Shown: positions 34,656 through 49,125, numbered from the stretch's first letter. The stretch: DNA of 64,000 nucleotides from Octopus sinensis (GCF_006345805.1 NC_042998.1:53692001-53756000); one strand, 5' to 3'. The notes: a model not told the origin generated them from the letters alone. Program-made: numbers and translations.

Positions 34656-35129
34656 GATATTTATATATATATAATATTTATATATATATATATATAATAT
34701 TTATATGTATATATATATATGATATATGGATACAATATTTATGTGTGTGTGTGTATGTATATATATATATACATAATTATATGCTGAGTTGCTAGTATTA
34801 GGAAGGGTATCCAGCTGTAAAAATCCTTCTAAAGCTATTACAGTAGTCTGGTGGCGGCTCCTGCCTGGCCAGCTCCTGGCAAACCATCCCACCCATGCCA
34901 GCATGGACGGCAGATGTTAAACGACGACGACGACGACGATGTTGATTATAAAGGCACACACATTCACACAGAGAACGAGAGAATGTGTGAGAGAGAAGAG
35001 CATTGTGTACAAAGCTGGTTTTTGAAACAACAACATATTGACAAACTACAGAGGACTTACAGACACACTTTCAAGAGCAGCCTGCAGCAGCACAATTTAT
35101 TTATATATGTCTGTGTTTGTGTGTGTGCG

Positions 35130-35282
35130 CATACATACATACATACATACATACATACATACATACATACATACATACATACATACATACATACATACAT
35201 ACATACATACATACATACATACATACATACATACATACATACATACATACATACATACATACATACATACATACATACATAC
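35130..35282. repeat. perfect (CATA)n microsatellite, about 38 units
   Basis: Read directly. Confidence 0.97.
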
Positions 35283-35567
35283 ACTGACAGTCATATAGTA
35301 TTCCATATGAAACTGTTCATTAGATACATCATATCTACACTAATTTTCAATGATAAATTTGTATAAAATATTTATATTAATTGCATTATAAGTACACATT
35401 ATCTTCTTTTGAAAACTTCAGACAAAAGGATTTCTTGAGAAACTGTGTGATTGATGTTTCATCACACAGATTATAATGAAAGGAAACCTTAACGAAGAAG
35501 GCTTTGTTTATTTTATAGAATTCATTTTTTAAAATTTCAGGTGGAATTAATCAATTGTGTATATATG

Positions 35568-35968
35568 GGCACAGGCATAGCTGTGTGGTAAGTAGCTTGT
35601 TTCCCAACCATATAGTTCTGGATTCAGTTCCACTGTGTGGTACCTTGGGCAAGTGTCTGCTATAGCCTCAGGCCAACCAAAGCCTTGTGAGTGGATTTGG
35701 TAGAGGGAAACTGAAAGAAGCCATCATATATATGTGTATGTGTGTGTGTATATATGTTTGTGTGTGTGTGTATATATGTTTGTGTGTGTGTGTCTGTGTT
35801 TGACCCCCACCACCATTGCTTGACGACTGATTTCGGTCTGTTTATATCTCTGTAACTTAGCAGTTTGACAAAAGAGACCAATAGAATAAGTACTGGGGTC
35901 GATTTGTTCGACTAAAGGCGATGCTCCAGCATAGCCGCAGTCAGATGACTGAAACAAGTAAAAGAATA
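35568..35968 (+). mobile_element. SINE family A
   Basis: Family A head, core and tail. Confidence 0.88.
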
Positions 35969-35984
35969 TATATATATATACCAT

Positions 35985-36455
35985 CATCACCATCAGCATT
36001 TAACATCCATTTTCCATGCTGGCATTAGTTGGATGGTTTGACAGCGGCTGACTAACTGAAGGGCTGTTGTTCAGAGTCCCTGTTGGTTTCCACATGGTTT
36101 CTACAGCTGAATGCTCTTTATAATGTCAAACACTTTACATAGTGTGCTGGGTGCTTTGATGCAGCACCATCATGGGTCCTTTTTACATGGGTGCTTTTTT
36201 TCAAGCATGCCGAACTGCCTGCCAGGAGTCTGATTCCCCCATCATCCCTTCCATGAATCTGTAGAACCTTTCTCACCACTTTGTCCCACATCTTCCTGGG
36301 TCTACCCCTTCCACATATTCCCTCTACAATCAGAGACTGGTACCTCTTCATGCAACTGCTTTCATTCATATGCATTGGATGGCCATACCAGCACAGTCTT
36401 CTCTCTTGCACACTACATCTGATGCCTCTTATACCTAGTTTTTCTCTAAAATCAA
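35985..36455 (-). mobile_element. RTE LINE 3' fragment
   Basis: REKLGIRGIRCSVQERRLCWYGH...GRGRPRKMW, homologous to the ORF at 14959-15789, followed by the RTE tail. Confidence 0.85.
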
Positions 36456-36468
36456 ACTTGTGTACATA

Positions 36469-36528
<60 letters not shown>

Positions 36529-37544
36529 CGCACACACACACATCCACACGTAGTATGTATGTAGGTATATGATGGCCATATAAAATTAACTTGTTTTTGA
36601 GTATAATCACTTATTGCAGTCGTATATCTTTCTTTTTTATCTTTTATGTTCTACTCGTCTCAATCTTTGGATTGTAGCCATACTGGAATACAATCTTGAG
36701 AGTTTAGTCAGTTAGTCAAACAAATCAACTCCAATACTTCATCTTTAAACTCTAGTACTTATTTTTTGCTAAGCCATCAAGTTATGGGGATGTAAGCAAA
36801 CCAATAGCAGCTGGCAGGAAGTGGGTGGAGATCACACTCACACACACACACACATATATTATGAGCTTCCATACAATTTCCATCAACCAAATTCACTCAT
36901 AGGGCATTTGTCAGCCCAGGGCTATAGTAGAAGACACTTGTCCTAGATGTCACACAGTGGGTTCAATCTTTAAACCATATGGTTTCAAAGTGAGTTTCTT
37001 AACCACAAAATAATACCTGTATCAGAAGTGTTAGCTATTCTGTCATGCTTAAAGATTTAAGGTTGGTTGTTTTGATGTCATGGAATCTATTTTCTGTTAT
37101 GTACTGAGGATACTGATCAAGAACTAGTTCATTGTAAATTAATTAATTCAAATACTTGAAATCATCAAGATGTAGAACATGTTTAATCAATCCCATATGA
37201 AACTCGATAAGATAGGCTTCCTTACTTGTTGTTGTTGTTGTTGTTGTTGTTGTTAAGCAACAAGATAGGTAAGGGTGATTAGGTGATGGTCTAGGGCTTA
37301 GGGGCGGGAGACCCCAGACCTTGGAAAAGAAAACCCAAAAACTTTGGTCGTCTTGTTGCAGTCGAGGGCTCTTCGTTGACGCCCAACACCACTGGGAGGT
37401 GACCCTCAAAGTTGCTGGAAATGGAGATCTCCAGGTCCAAATTCTTGAACAGCAGGCTTCCTTACTGGGACAGCCTACCCTTTTCAGCAGTTCTGTGTTG
37501 AAATATCTTGAGACTGATGCTTAATATATAGTGTAAAACAAGTA

Positions 37545-37745
37545 GCAAGCTAACATTGGGTAAAATGTTTAGAAGTATTTCATCCATCTTTACACTCTGA
37601 GTTCAAATTCCAAGGAGGTCAACCTTGCCTTTCATCCTTTGGGGTCGATAACATAAGTACCAGTTGAGCGCTGGGATCAATCTAATTGACTTACTTACTC
37701 CCCACCAAAATCATTGGCCTTGTGTCAAAACTTGAAACCAATGTA
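37545..37745 (+). mobile_element. SINE family B variant
   Basis: gagttcaaattcc and ttgcctttcatccttt core. Confidence 0.7.
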
Positions 37746-38255
37746 GTGTGTAAACATTTCTGGTGTAATCATTTAAGTGTTTTCATGTCTCAGATAGCTT
37801 TTGGTAGAATGAGACAATGCAAAGCTTGGTAGAATGTACTTAGTTGTTGTTTAACCAGACTTATTTCTCAAGTCTGCCAAATGTAACTGAAACCATCTCA
37901 TTCCTCAAATTCATTTCAGAATCTAGAAATTTACTTTTGGAGATGGAGTTGCTAAGGTACTTAAAGAAAAACTACATATACTACTACATATAAAACTGTT
38001 CATTTCAGATATCATATCTCTGTTTATTTTCAATGATGGATGCATATGAAATACTTATATTAATAGCATTATAATAAAACATTATCATTCTTGAATATTT
38101 CAGACAACAGGATATCTTGAAAATCTATGTGATTGATGTTATTCATAAAAATAATATAGTAAAAGGAAATCTTAACCAAAACTTTTGCATTTAAATAAAA
38201 TTATTTTAATTTTAAAACTGCGATGGGATTGATCATGTGTTTGTGTGTGTGTGTA

Positions 38256-38712
38256 TGAGCTGGTATCAAAAGGTTTTCAGACTTGTTTTGTTAAATAAAA
38301 AATAACTTATCTAAGTTTTAACATCATCTCCTTCAAAATAGTCACTTTGTACAGCAATACACTGGTCCCAGCATTCCTGTCACTTTTGGAATCCAGCCTG
38401 GAAGTCATTCATTGTAAGTGAATCGGGGACCTTCTGTGATTTGCTCTTGACCTTGACAATGGTGTTAAAATGGCAATCTTTGAGCGACATTTTCATCTTG
38501 GGGAAGAGATGGATGTCTACAGGTGCTAAATCTGGAAAATAGGGCATGTGCAGAAGTGATACCATATTGTTTTTGGCAAGAAATTCACAAGTGTTTCGGG
38601 TCAAGTCCCACTGCATGGCACCTTAGGCAAGTGTCTATTACTATAGCCTTGGGCCAACCAAAGCCTTGTGAGTGGATTTGGTAGACGGAAACTGAAAGAA
38701 GCCCATTGTATA

Positions 38713-38753
<41 letters not shown>

Positions 38754-39533
38754 GTGTGTGCGTATATGTTTGTGTGTCTGTGTTTGTCCCCCCAAACATC
38801 ACTTGACAACCGATGCTGGTGTGTTTACTTTACATCATCGTAACTTAGCAGTTTGGCAAAAGAGACTGATAGAATAAGTACTAGGCTTACAAAGAATAAG
38901 TCCTGGGGTCGATTTGTTTGATTAAAGGCAGTGCTCCAGCATGACCACAGTCAAATGACTGAAACAAGTAAAAGAGTAAAGAGTAAGTGAGGAGAGCTCA
39001 GTGAAAGGGTGTATTGTTATCAAGAAGAATCCAATTCTTCATGCTCCTTAGATCCAGCTACTTTCACCAAATGTCCTCCCTTAAAAATTTCAAAACGTTG
39101 CAGTAGAAATCTCAGCACACAATACCCCATTTTTGGGTGTGACACTCATGGCATGTCTTCCAGATTGTTCATCGTCTTTCAGGGACGTTCTTCTGCTATT
39201 GAAGCACCCATGCCACTTGAAACATTGTATATGATCCAATGCCTCATCGTCATAAGCTTGCTGAAGTATGCACAATGTCTCTGTAGCAGACTTCCCAAGT
39301 TAAACACAAAATTTCACGTTGGTTCTCTATTCCTGTCTATGACAAAATCACAGACTACAGCATACACATGCTAAAAAAAACACAAATTTCACACCTTGCG
39401 AAGTAAACACAGCGATGTCACTTGGCACACAGCCTCATGAAGGTCACTGCTAGCTCACTGCACCTGCAAGCATATGCTGCCATCTGTTGGCACACTACAA
39501 ATCTAGTCCTGGAACTTTCTTGATAACACCTCA
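38256..39533 (-). mobile_element. mariner-family element, internally deleted, with a SINE inserted
   Basis: N-terminal ILQQAYDDEAL...FKWHGCF...SLKDDEQSGR and C-terminal HMPYFPDLAPVDIHLFPKMK...FQKW. Degenerate ~28-bp TIRs in TA/TG context. Confidence 0.85.
38594..38985 (+). mobile_element. 5'-truncated SINE family A nested in the mariner element
   Basis: Family A core and tail split the transposase fragments. Confidence 0.88.
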
Positions 39534-39584
39534 TGTGTGTGTATATATATGTGTGTGCGTGTGTGTGTGCGTGTGTCTGTGTGT

Positions 39585-39893
39585 GGAAGCGCAATGGCCC
39601 AGTGGTTAGAGCAGTGGACTTACAGTTGGAGGATCGCAGTTTCGATTCCCAGACCCGGCACTGTGTGTGTTTATTGAGCAAGAACACCTAAAGCTCCACG
39701 AGGCTCTGGCAGGGTGTAGTGGCGACCCCTGTTATACTCTTTTGCCCCAACTTTCTCTCACTCTTTCTTTCTGTTTCTTGAGTAACACTTCAATGAACTG
39801 GCGTCCTGTCTAGCTGGGGGGAACACATACGCCACAGAAACCGGAAAACCAGGCCCATGAGCCTAGCTAAGCTTGAAAAGAGTGCATAAATAA
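39585..39893 (+). mobile_element. distinct tRNA-derived SINE with a V-SINE-like central motif
   Basis: A box tggcccagtgg, B-box-like gtttcgattcc, then aatgaactggcgtcctgtc and gccacagaaaccgg. The V-domain similarity is from memory, not from an alignment. Confidence 0.6.
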
Positions 39894-40169
39894 TATATAT
39901 ATACATATATATATATATATGGTGCTTGCATTAAATTTGAAGATTTTTTATACCTCCTTTTTTGTTCAGGAACAGCCTGATGTATTGGTAAATAGTTAGT
40001 GGTGTTAGAGGACATAAAGATTGAAGCTATAGCTGAGAAAATGTTAGCTAACATGGGTGACTGGAAGCTACATAACTGAATAAGGGGGAAAGAGTTACTT
40101 GTATCCTGATGATTCATGCCTGGTGTCAAAATGCTGATATCATGACTGCTGCCCAATGCTGTGAGAATT

Positions 40170-40620
40170 TAGTAAAGACATCAGTGGGGTGTACCATGTA
40201 TCATGAAAACCAAGTTCCCACAAACTATGACAGTCTTTGGGTGTACCTCTAGTGGGGGTGATGTCATGCCATACCACAATTTTGAACCAGGTTTTGGGCT
40301 CAATTTAAATGACAATGTGAAGCTGCTGGAGATAGGTTAAGCCCTGGCAGGAAAGGAATGCTGCTGCAAGGTCATATGTGTGGCAGCAGGATTTGGGTCC
40401 TTGCCATAATCAGAAAGAATCAGAAATGGCTGTTGACGAATTTCTACAAGACATCAAGCACTTTGCTTGCAACACTAAGGCCAAGCTGATTGTCAAGATC
40501 AAGAAGGTCTTCATAGATCTTTCTAGGGTGTTTCAGAATCATTTTGAGTATCTGCAGGTATTTATCAGAGAATAATTTGGTGGTCTGAAGCATTTTTAAC
40601 ACAAATATGTTCTCTTGATA
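40170..40620 (+). mobile_element. DD37D (maT)-like transposase fragment
   Basis: MKTKFPQTMTVFGCTSSGGDVMP and YVWQQDLGPCH, homologous to 44875-45207. Confidence 0.6.
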
Positions 40621-42131
40621 AATAGTATTCAATACTAACCAAAATAGTTGTTGATACAAAATGTTTACCATAAAAAGTTATGTTGTTGTTAGTGTTTATT
40701 CTCAGATAATACACAAGATTGAGAAGATCTATGATTGAGGCATTTCAACCATGACTATTCAGTCTTTTAGGAGTATGTGAGCCAACATTATCTTACGTGT
40801 TCTTTCCTGATTTAAGAAGGTAGATTTTGACCTGAATGAGATTTGATTTATTTCTAGTAGGTTGAATAGCCATGTAAAAATTCTTTTCTTAGTAGAAGTA
40901 TTTAATTACAGGAAAGGAATTAAATATTCAAGAGTGTTTTCTTGAAAATGGGCAACATTTAGAAAACAATTGCAAATGATATCCTGAACCATCCTGCACA
41001 ATAATGCATATGTTCTTAACATTCTGATACACCTGTAAGAAGCAAAAGTTTTTTCTGCTTTTATTTTTAAATAAACATGTCCTTGGGTACCACTTCTCTT
41101 TCTGATCATATTTGATTATTGACTTCATTTGTAATTAGTTCCTTTAATTCTGCATTTACTTTTTCCTATAAGAGAACATTGGCAAGATTCAAACTTTGAA
41201 CCATAATGCATTGAACGTGTTTCCATAAATTGTTCATCATTGTATTTTGTACCTTGACTTCAACAAAGTGAGAAATAGCTTTGGAAAAATATAATGAAGT
41301 CATATACTTCCTCCCTAACTAAGATAATATATATATACTATTTAGTCAAGGAGGAAAAATGTTAGAACATTTATCATATTTGCCAGTATATAAAATGCAC
41401 TTTTTAATGTATTCAAATATTGTTGTGTCTATTACAGATGGGAGACCAAGCATTATAGATTAGGGATCTGGATAAGCATCAGTCTGCTTGATAGAATAAC
41501 TAATAATAAAAAATTAATAATACTAATAATAAAATTACTAATAATAAAAAATTAAAAACTAACCAAAATATTGCAGTCTGTTACTACAAATTCGTGAAAA
41601 AATTGCCTGTAATACATTGATAGTTATATGGAGAAGTCATATCATCTCATTGTACCTGCCTTTTCTGCATATATAACCTATATTTGGTATATGTCTTACA
41701 TATCTAATGACTATCTTATCTTTAAGAAACATTTTAAAATTGTCTCAATGAAAACGTCTAAGAATATGAAAGGAGTGTTAAACTTTTAACCACCCATCAA
41801 CTATTTGCAATGAGTGGATGACAACAAAATCAAAATGGTACCATGCCACCTTACTTGATGATCACAGCATCACAAAACTTCACAACCAGAAATACAAATG
41901 CTACATTCTGTCTGGCAGTACTTGGGACCAAAGCATATGCAACTGTACAGCTGAACTGAAAGACAAAGCTGAAATACAGTACTCATGAAACAGTTTATTT
42001 GCAATAAATTTATGGTTTCATACTTTATTCCAATATATTGTCTCAATACTGTATTTCATGCTCAAAGTAATTCATTTCTCCTCAAAGGAACCACTTCAGA
42101 ATATCTTTCAATTTTTATATGATGTAATTAA

Positions 42132-42345
42132 GGTGGTGAGCTGGCAGAACCATTAGCACGCTGGGCAAAATGCTTAGTAGTATTTCATCTGTCTTTACAT
42201 TCTGAGATCAAATTCTGCTGAGGTCAACTTTTGTCTATTATTCTTTTGGGCTTGGTAAAATAAATAGCAGTTGAGTACTGGGGTCGATATAATTGACTTA
42301 CCCCTCCTCAAAGTTGCTAACCATATGGTGTAAGTTGCTAAATTT
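42132..42345 (+). mobile_element. SINE family B (diverged)
   Basis: ggtggtgagctggcagaa head and family core. Confidence 0.7.
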
Positions 42346-42364
42346 GTTTTTCCACAAAATAATC

Positions 42365-42580
42365 ATCATCATCAGTTAATGTCCATTTCCTATGCTGGCA
42401 TGTGTTGGCTGGTTTGACAGGAGCTGATCAGCTGAAGGGCTGTTCAGGCTCCATGTCTGTTTTAGCATGGTTTCTATGGTTGGATGCCCTTCTTAATGCC
42501 AACCACTTTACAGTGTGTACTGATTACTTTTATGCAGCACTGGCACAGGTGCTTTTTACATGGCACCGGCACTTGTAAAA
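42365..42580 (-). mobile_element. RTE-tail element
   Basis: (CAT)n and ggatgcccttcttaatgccaacc. Confidence 0.7.
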
Positions 42581-44511
42581 TAGGGATGCATCTAACGTAA
42601 GCATGCATCGTATACATTTGAAGACACTACTTATAATTTCCTAAATATCAGTTCCTACTAAAACTGACTTTGCTTTCACTTTGTCTTCTGGAGTTGCTAA
42701 AATAAAGACATCGAATGTGCTGAAATCCTGTTAATTGATTGTACCCAATCTCCTAATTTCAGGTTGGGTATCTTGATTTATCAGTGCTGTGTCACATTAG
42801 AAATATTGAGAAGCTAAGTTTAATATGAAGCAAATGAAGCTATTAAGATGTATTCTACCTCATACAGCTAAACATGACTTGAATTTGTTTCACACTCAGG
42901 TGCTTAAGCTAATTTCATCAAACAACTATTATTGGAAATATCTTAGGTCATTCAGTGGAACTACTTTTATTACCAAAGTTTTATCTTTACATTTTAGTTC
43001 TTGATGTTTGCCGCATTTGAAACTTAAATCATTTTTAAGAACATTCAAATAAATTTTCCATAAACTTCCTTTGGAAAAAACATTATTTTTTGGCTTAATG
43101 TTTTTATAAGTCTTTTCATGTTTGTTTTTCTTTTCTTTACTAACACTGTTTCAATTTTATAGGCAAGTTTAATTTACATGTTGCCAGTAATTTTATGTAC
43201 TTCAAGAACCTGTGGATGTGTTGTCATAATTTTCTGTCAATATGTATAAGAATCTTCACACAAATATACACCTATGCACATATATACAGACACGCTAACA
43301 CTCACACTAATGTATAATTTTAATTTTGGCTCAGTCGTCTCGACAGTTAAATGTGGAATTCCAATACTGCCACAGACTTCCTTTTACCTTGTGCACAAAC
43401 ATCTCTCAGACAACCATTCATATCAAAAATTTTTCAATAAAAATAAGCTACAGCTGTACCCAAAATCTGATTGTTGTTACAACCAGAATCAACAACAGAA
43501 TCAACAATATAAATATTCAAAATCCATTATATCAATGATACTGCAATAATATCATGGTGTCTTCTCTTGTTAATAAGTGTCTTTCAGAAATACATATGGA
43601 TGATGCTGAGAAAATGTTTTATTAGCTTCACTGCAAATACCTTTAATATTAATATTAATATTTCCTCAGTTACATTGAGAAATGTGAGAAATATGATATC
43701 ATTACCACAATATATATTTAATTTTGAAAGAGAGCTATACAGATAATTTCAGAATCAGTTCCATCAATTGTTGTAGTTGTTACACTGCATATAAATGGTG
43801 TATACTTTATGTGATTTTCTTCACAGCAAAGTTTAATATTTTAACTGTGAAGGGGAATTATGGCATGTTCAGCAAAATATATGAGCTGCTCTTTAATTGC
43901 CTTCATCAAAAAAAGTAATACTGGTAGCATTTCAAACTGCTTATTGGACAACATTTGTGTGATCTAATTTTATTGGTTGTATTGTTGCTTTCACAATATA
44001 TATCATGGCTAGAGGACCTTCTTGTGGTCAGTTCTCACTAGTTTCCAAACAAGGTAATATTTCCATGGCTGGACATATTTACACAAAAGAAATTGAGAAC
44101 AAAGGACACAACTTGCAACTACAGTAATGCGCATTTTTTGATTAGCAGGCAATGGTGACAAGGAGACATAACTATGTGCATATGCACACACACACACAAA
44201 TATATGCATGTATAAAATACCTGCTTTCAGATTTCACCAACCAAATTCACTCAAAAGGCTTAATCAGAGCAAGGCTTTAGTAGAAGACACTTGCTTAAAC
44301 TGCCACACAGTGGAACTGAACCTGAAACCACTTGCTTGTGAAATCAACTTCTTAACCTGACAGCCCTGCCTGCCTCTCTCTCTCTCTCTTCACACATACA
44401 CTGAAAGAAACCTGCTTTATACATACATATATATACATGCATATACATACATATACATACATACATATACATACATATACATACATATGCCTTTAAAGGT
44501 AAAATTTATAC

Positions 44512-44592
44512 ATAATTTACAAGATAAGGGCAGAAGAAAAATTCTAATGCCATCTGGCATTAGAATTTTTCTTCTGCCCTTATCTTGTAAAT

Positions 44593-44595
<3 letters not shown>
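44512..44595. repeat. perfect palindrome, 41-bp arms, 2-nt centre
   Basis: ataatttacaagataagggcagaagaaaaattctaatgcca-tc-tggcattagaatttttcttctgcccttatcttgtaaattat. Confidence 0.95.
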
Positions 44596-44623
<28 letters not shown>

Positions 44624-44642
44624 GCACACATACATATATATA

Positions 44643-45463
44643 CAGGATGCAATGGGTAAATTGTCACCATTTTATATTTTTAATATCATGCAGGTGCATT
44701 GCTTGTTTTTGATTTTGTCGACTACACAGTATAGTAGGGTCAGTTGGGCACCATGACCCTTTGGAAATGACATGCTGTACTGCTTGGTATTCACACCAGA
44801 AGCTCCAATACGAACATCTCAGTGTGTTAGGGTGTCAATCTGAGAATAGTACAATCTGAAGACCTGTACCAAAAGTGATAAAAATCAAATCTCCAGTCAT
44901 TATTATTGTATTTGGAATGATCACTAGTGATGGTGACATTATGCCTCCATTCATCTTCCCCCACGGCTTCATACTCAACACAGAGGCCTACATCAAGTGT
45001 TTGGAGGAGATAGTGCTGCCCTGGGTCAAGAGGATGGCTGCTGGAATACACTATTTCTGGCAACAGGTCTCTACACTGTGTCACACAAGCAGGAGATGCC
45101 AGTCATGGCTGTCAGACAATTTCTGTGACCACATCAACCTTAACATCTGGCCACCTAACTCCCCAGACTGCAATACCCTTGATTACGTGTGGGACACAGT
45201 TGAGTGAGAGACCAACAAAATTCCTTGTAACACCAAAGATGAACTGAAGGCAAGGATTATGGCAGTATTCACCAACTTAAATAAGGAGACAGTGCAGAAG
45301 AGTTGAAAGAGATTCTGAAGTCGTCTGGGAGCTGTGGTTGAAGCCAATGTCGATTTTATTGAAGAAATTTACTATTTAGTATTTCAAGAAATTAATTTTG
45401 GTAAACATATCTAAAATGAGATGTCAGATTTATTAGACAACAGTTTATTTACTACACATATGT
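44643..45463 (+). mobile_element. Tc1/mariner DD37D (maT)-like element, internally deleted
   Basis: VFGMITSDGDIMPPFIF and WQQ(V for D)...WPPNSPDCNTLD, with 37 residues between the second and third catalytic positions. TA at 44641-44642. Confidence 0.75.
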
Positions 45464-45693
45464 ACATCTTGTGTAAACTTGTGACTTTTTGTCTTGACAT
45501 TTGGTAATTATTGTAAATGAGTGTTACTGACATATGAGCAAAATCATTCATTTCTACTTTATTACCTTGCTGGAAAACAGGTGAGGGTCGGTGACAGATG
45601 GGCACCCAACCATAGAAAATGTTCGTCAATAAACTTTGTCTCACCATGCAAATATAGAAAAGTGAATGTTACAAAAATGATGATGATGATGGG

Positions 45694-45724
<31 letters not shown>

Positions 45725-45755
45725 GTACGTTTATGCGTGTGTGTGTACATGTGTG

Positions 45756-45808
<53 letters not shown>

Positions 45809-46602
45809 TATATATATATATATAATGTACTGTCCCATGATGATAAGATCAACCAAAAAAGTACTCCATCTGGTGTGAGATATGTATTATTTAATAAACA
45901 CAATAAATGTTTTTTTGTGCTACACTTAGTTTCATATGATGAAAGCATACCAGACAGTGTTTATTAACACATTTGGTGACTCGACATAATCTTCAGACAC
46001 TGTCCACATGGCATAACAGGGATTTCCTGTTGGCAAATTGGAAAACACTACCCTCTGTAGGCTACTATCTTTTTAGCCTTATATTTTACAGTCAAAAGGG
46101 AAATAAAACAGAAAGAAACAAAAGGGATGGGGCAGTTAGAGTTTTTTTTTTTGTTTTCCAGTTTTTTTAACCTTCAGCCTTTTATATCTGCTTCTTCTTT
46201 CCTTTTCTTTCTCTCACTCTATCGTCCTAATTTCAGTTTATTATCTCATGTGGGCAGTGCCTGAAGATTGTGCTGAGGCACTAGATGAGTTAATATATAT
46301 ATATATATATCAAAGACAAGCTTTTTCTAGCTTCGAAATTCACTCACAAGGTACATTGGTTGACTCTGGGTTATGGAAGAAATATTTCCTTGAGGCACCA
46401 TGTGTTAGGACTGAACCTGAAACCACATGGTTTAGAAGTGAACTTCTTAGCCATGACTATATCTTATGCATATATGATGACTTAGCCGTTCTAAACTTTG
46501 AAGTTACTGTCAATTTTATTCTGTTGTACTCTAATAAATGTATTGAGCAATCCTTCAATTTAATTTAAAATCGTTTTTATTATAACATAAAATCATTAAT
46601 AT

Positions 46603-46651
<49 letters not shown>

Positions 46652-48104
46652 ATTTATATATTTATTTAAGTCTTCCAGCATCACTACAGCAACTAGCTGG
46701 AACCATAAAATAAGTAAAAGAACATTAGATGTATGTGTATGTGCATAGGAGAATGTTTTGGGGCGTGCAGATATGTAGATTATGTAAGAAGCTTACTATC
46801 AATATTGATAGAAAATTATGACAACACACCTAAAGTTTCTTGAGGTGTGTAAAATTACATAAATGTCTATCTGTAGTGTGTATGTGTGTATGTGTATGTA
46901 TGCACACACAACTCTGCTTTTCTCTATGTATTACTGAATCATTGCAACAATTTTATAGGTTAATAAGTGTTGCATAGTTTTGCAAAGCACTGTATAATAC
47001 AATTACACTTACAACATTTTTAATGCATCAATTCATAAGAAATATTATGTACCTACATGGACAATTTCCAAGAATATAAAATGGTAGTAGCAATTACATT
47101 AGCAAATTCAGTTCACAGAAGCTTGAAAAATGTTGAGAATAAGATGAAAAGGTTTTGTTTGGGGGATTTGGCTATACACCGAAAAATGATATGACTGAAA
47201 CGAAAGTTTCGCTTTTGGGTGCATTGGCTAATGGGAAATGAAAAATGTGGTCACTTGTTGTGTGAGCTATATAATACTATGCTCAGCTATCGAGCCAAAT
47301 ATCTACTACTACTACTAGTAATAATAATAATAATAATTATAATAATAGCAATAACATTATCAATGAAGCTAAAGAATATTCTCCTAGAATCACATTATGC
47401 ACACAGTGTATATACTTACTGCACAAATTCGTCATAAAAGATTTAAAAGCAACAATGCCAAATCGATTATTTTATGCATTCTTTTATATATAAACTGTAT
47501 ACCTGATATATATTCATATACATACATACATACATACATATATAACCATCAATATCATAATTTAACATCCACGTTTTTCTGCTTGCAGACAGAGTTTATT
47601 GTTGCAGATTTTATTTTATACAACAGGATGCTCTTCCTGTTGCCAACCCTTACCTGTTTCAAGCGAGGTTATATTTGCCCCTCACCAGAAATTCTCTTGC
47701 AGAATTTAGGAAATGAATGACAGAACTTGCATAACAGTGACAATAATATTATACAACTCTCACACAATTTCAAGACAGTAAGATGCAAACATACACACAT
47801 TCACACACACAAATATACACACCACACACACGTGTGTGTGTGTGTGCATGCTAGGCTTATTTCAGTTTCCATCTTCTGAGTCCACTCAATAGGGCTATAA
47901 AAGAAAACTCTTGCCTAAGGTGACACATGGTGGAACTGAACTCAGAGTCACGTTGTTGGGAATTAAATCTCTTACCACAGTCACACCTGCACCTACAGTA
48001 ATGCCTGCATCAACAACCATACCAGTTCTCAGCCAAACCATCCAACCAATGCCAGCATGGAAAACGGGTGTTAAATGATGGTGATGATGATGTATATACA
48101 TACA

Positions 48105-48154
48105 CACACACACGCACACACATATATATATATAAAAACATACATATTTATATG

Positions 48155-48197
<43 letters not shown>

Positions 48198-48461
48198 GAC
48201 ATGCACACATCTATTTATATATACAAATATATGTATATACATACACATATCTATTTATACATATATATATATCATCATCATCATCATCATCGTTTAACGT
48301 CCGTTCTCCATGCTAGCATGGGTTGGACAGTTCGACCGGGGATCTGGAAAGCCAAAAGGCTGCACCAGGCTCCAGTCTTATCTGGCAATGTTTCTACAGC
48401 TGGATGCCCTTCCTAACGCCAACCACTCCGTGAGTGTAGTGGGTGCTTTTTACGTGCCACC

Positions 48462-48502
<41 letters not shown>

Positions 48503-48610
48503 TATATGATGCACACGCATGCATGCACACACACACACACATATATATATATACACACATATATGATGCACACACACCACACACATATATATATACACAC
48601 ATATATGATG

Positions 48611-48646
<36 letters not shown>

Positions 48647-48666
48647 AAAACATACATATTTATATG

Positions 48667-48709
<43 letters not shown>

Positions 48710-48982
48710 GACATGCACACATCTATTTATATATACAAATATATGTATATACATACACATATCTATTTATACATATATATATCATCATCATCATCATCAT
48801 CGTTTAACGTCCGTTCTCCATGCTAGCATGGGTTGGACAGTTCGACCGGGGATCTGGGAAGCCAGAAGGCTGCACCAGGCTCCAGTCTTATCTGGCAATG
48901 TTTCTACAGCTGGATGCCCTTCCTAACGCCAACCACTCCGTGAGTGTAGTGGGTGCTTTTTACGTGCCACCGTATATATATA

Positions 48983-49021
<39 letters not shown>

Positions 49022-49087
49022 TATATGATGCACACGCATGCATGCACACACACACACACACATATATATATACACACATATATGATG

Positions 49088-49121
<34 letters not shown>

Positions 49122-49125
49122 CATA
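48105..49125. repeat. near-identical ~510-bp tandem duplication (microsatellite plus minus-strand RTE-tail element)
   Basis: cgtttaacgtccgttctcc at 48291 and 48801; two substitutions seen in about 190 bp of non-microsatellite sequence. Confidence 0.92.

Noticed and set aside
37270-37525. GC-richer block with ORFs on both strands after (GTT)n
   Set aside because: No recognisable motif; most likely the 3' end of an unclassified retroelement.
40700-41330. Possible second Tc1-like remnant on the minus strand (DNVGSHTPK)
   Set aside because: Only one partial motif; cannot be supported without a profile search.
46255-46292. CUGAAGA followed by a GUGC/GCAC stem
   Set aside because: Lacks GAAA, stem III and the cleavage triplet; at best a truncated relic.
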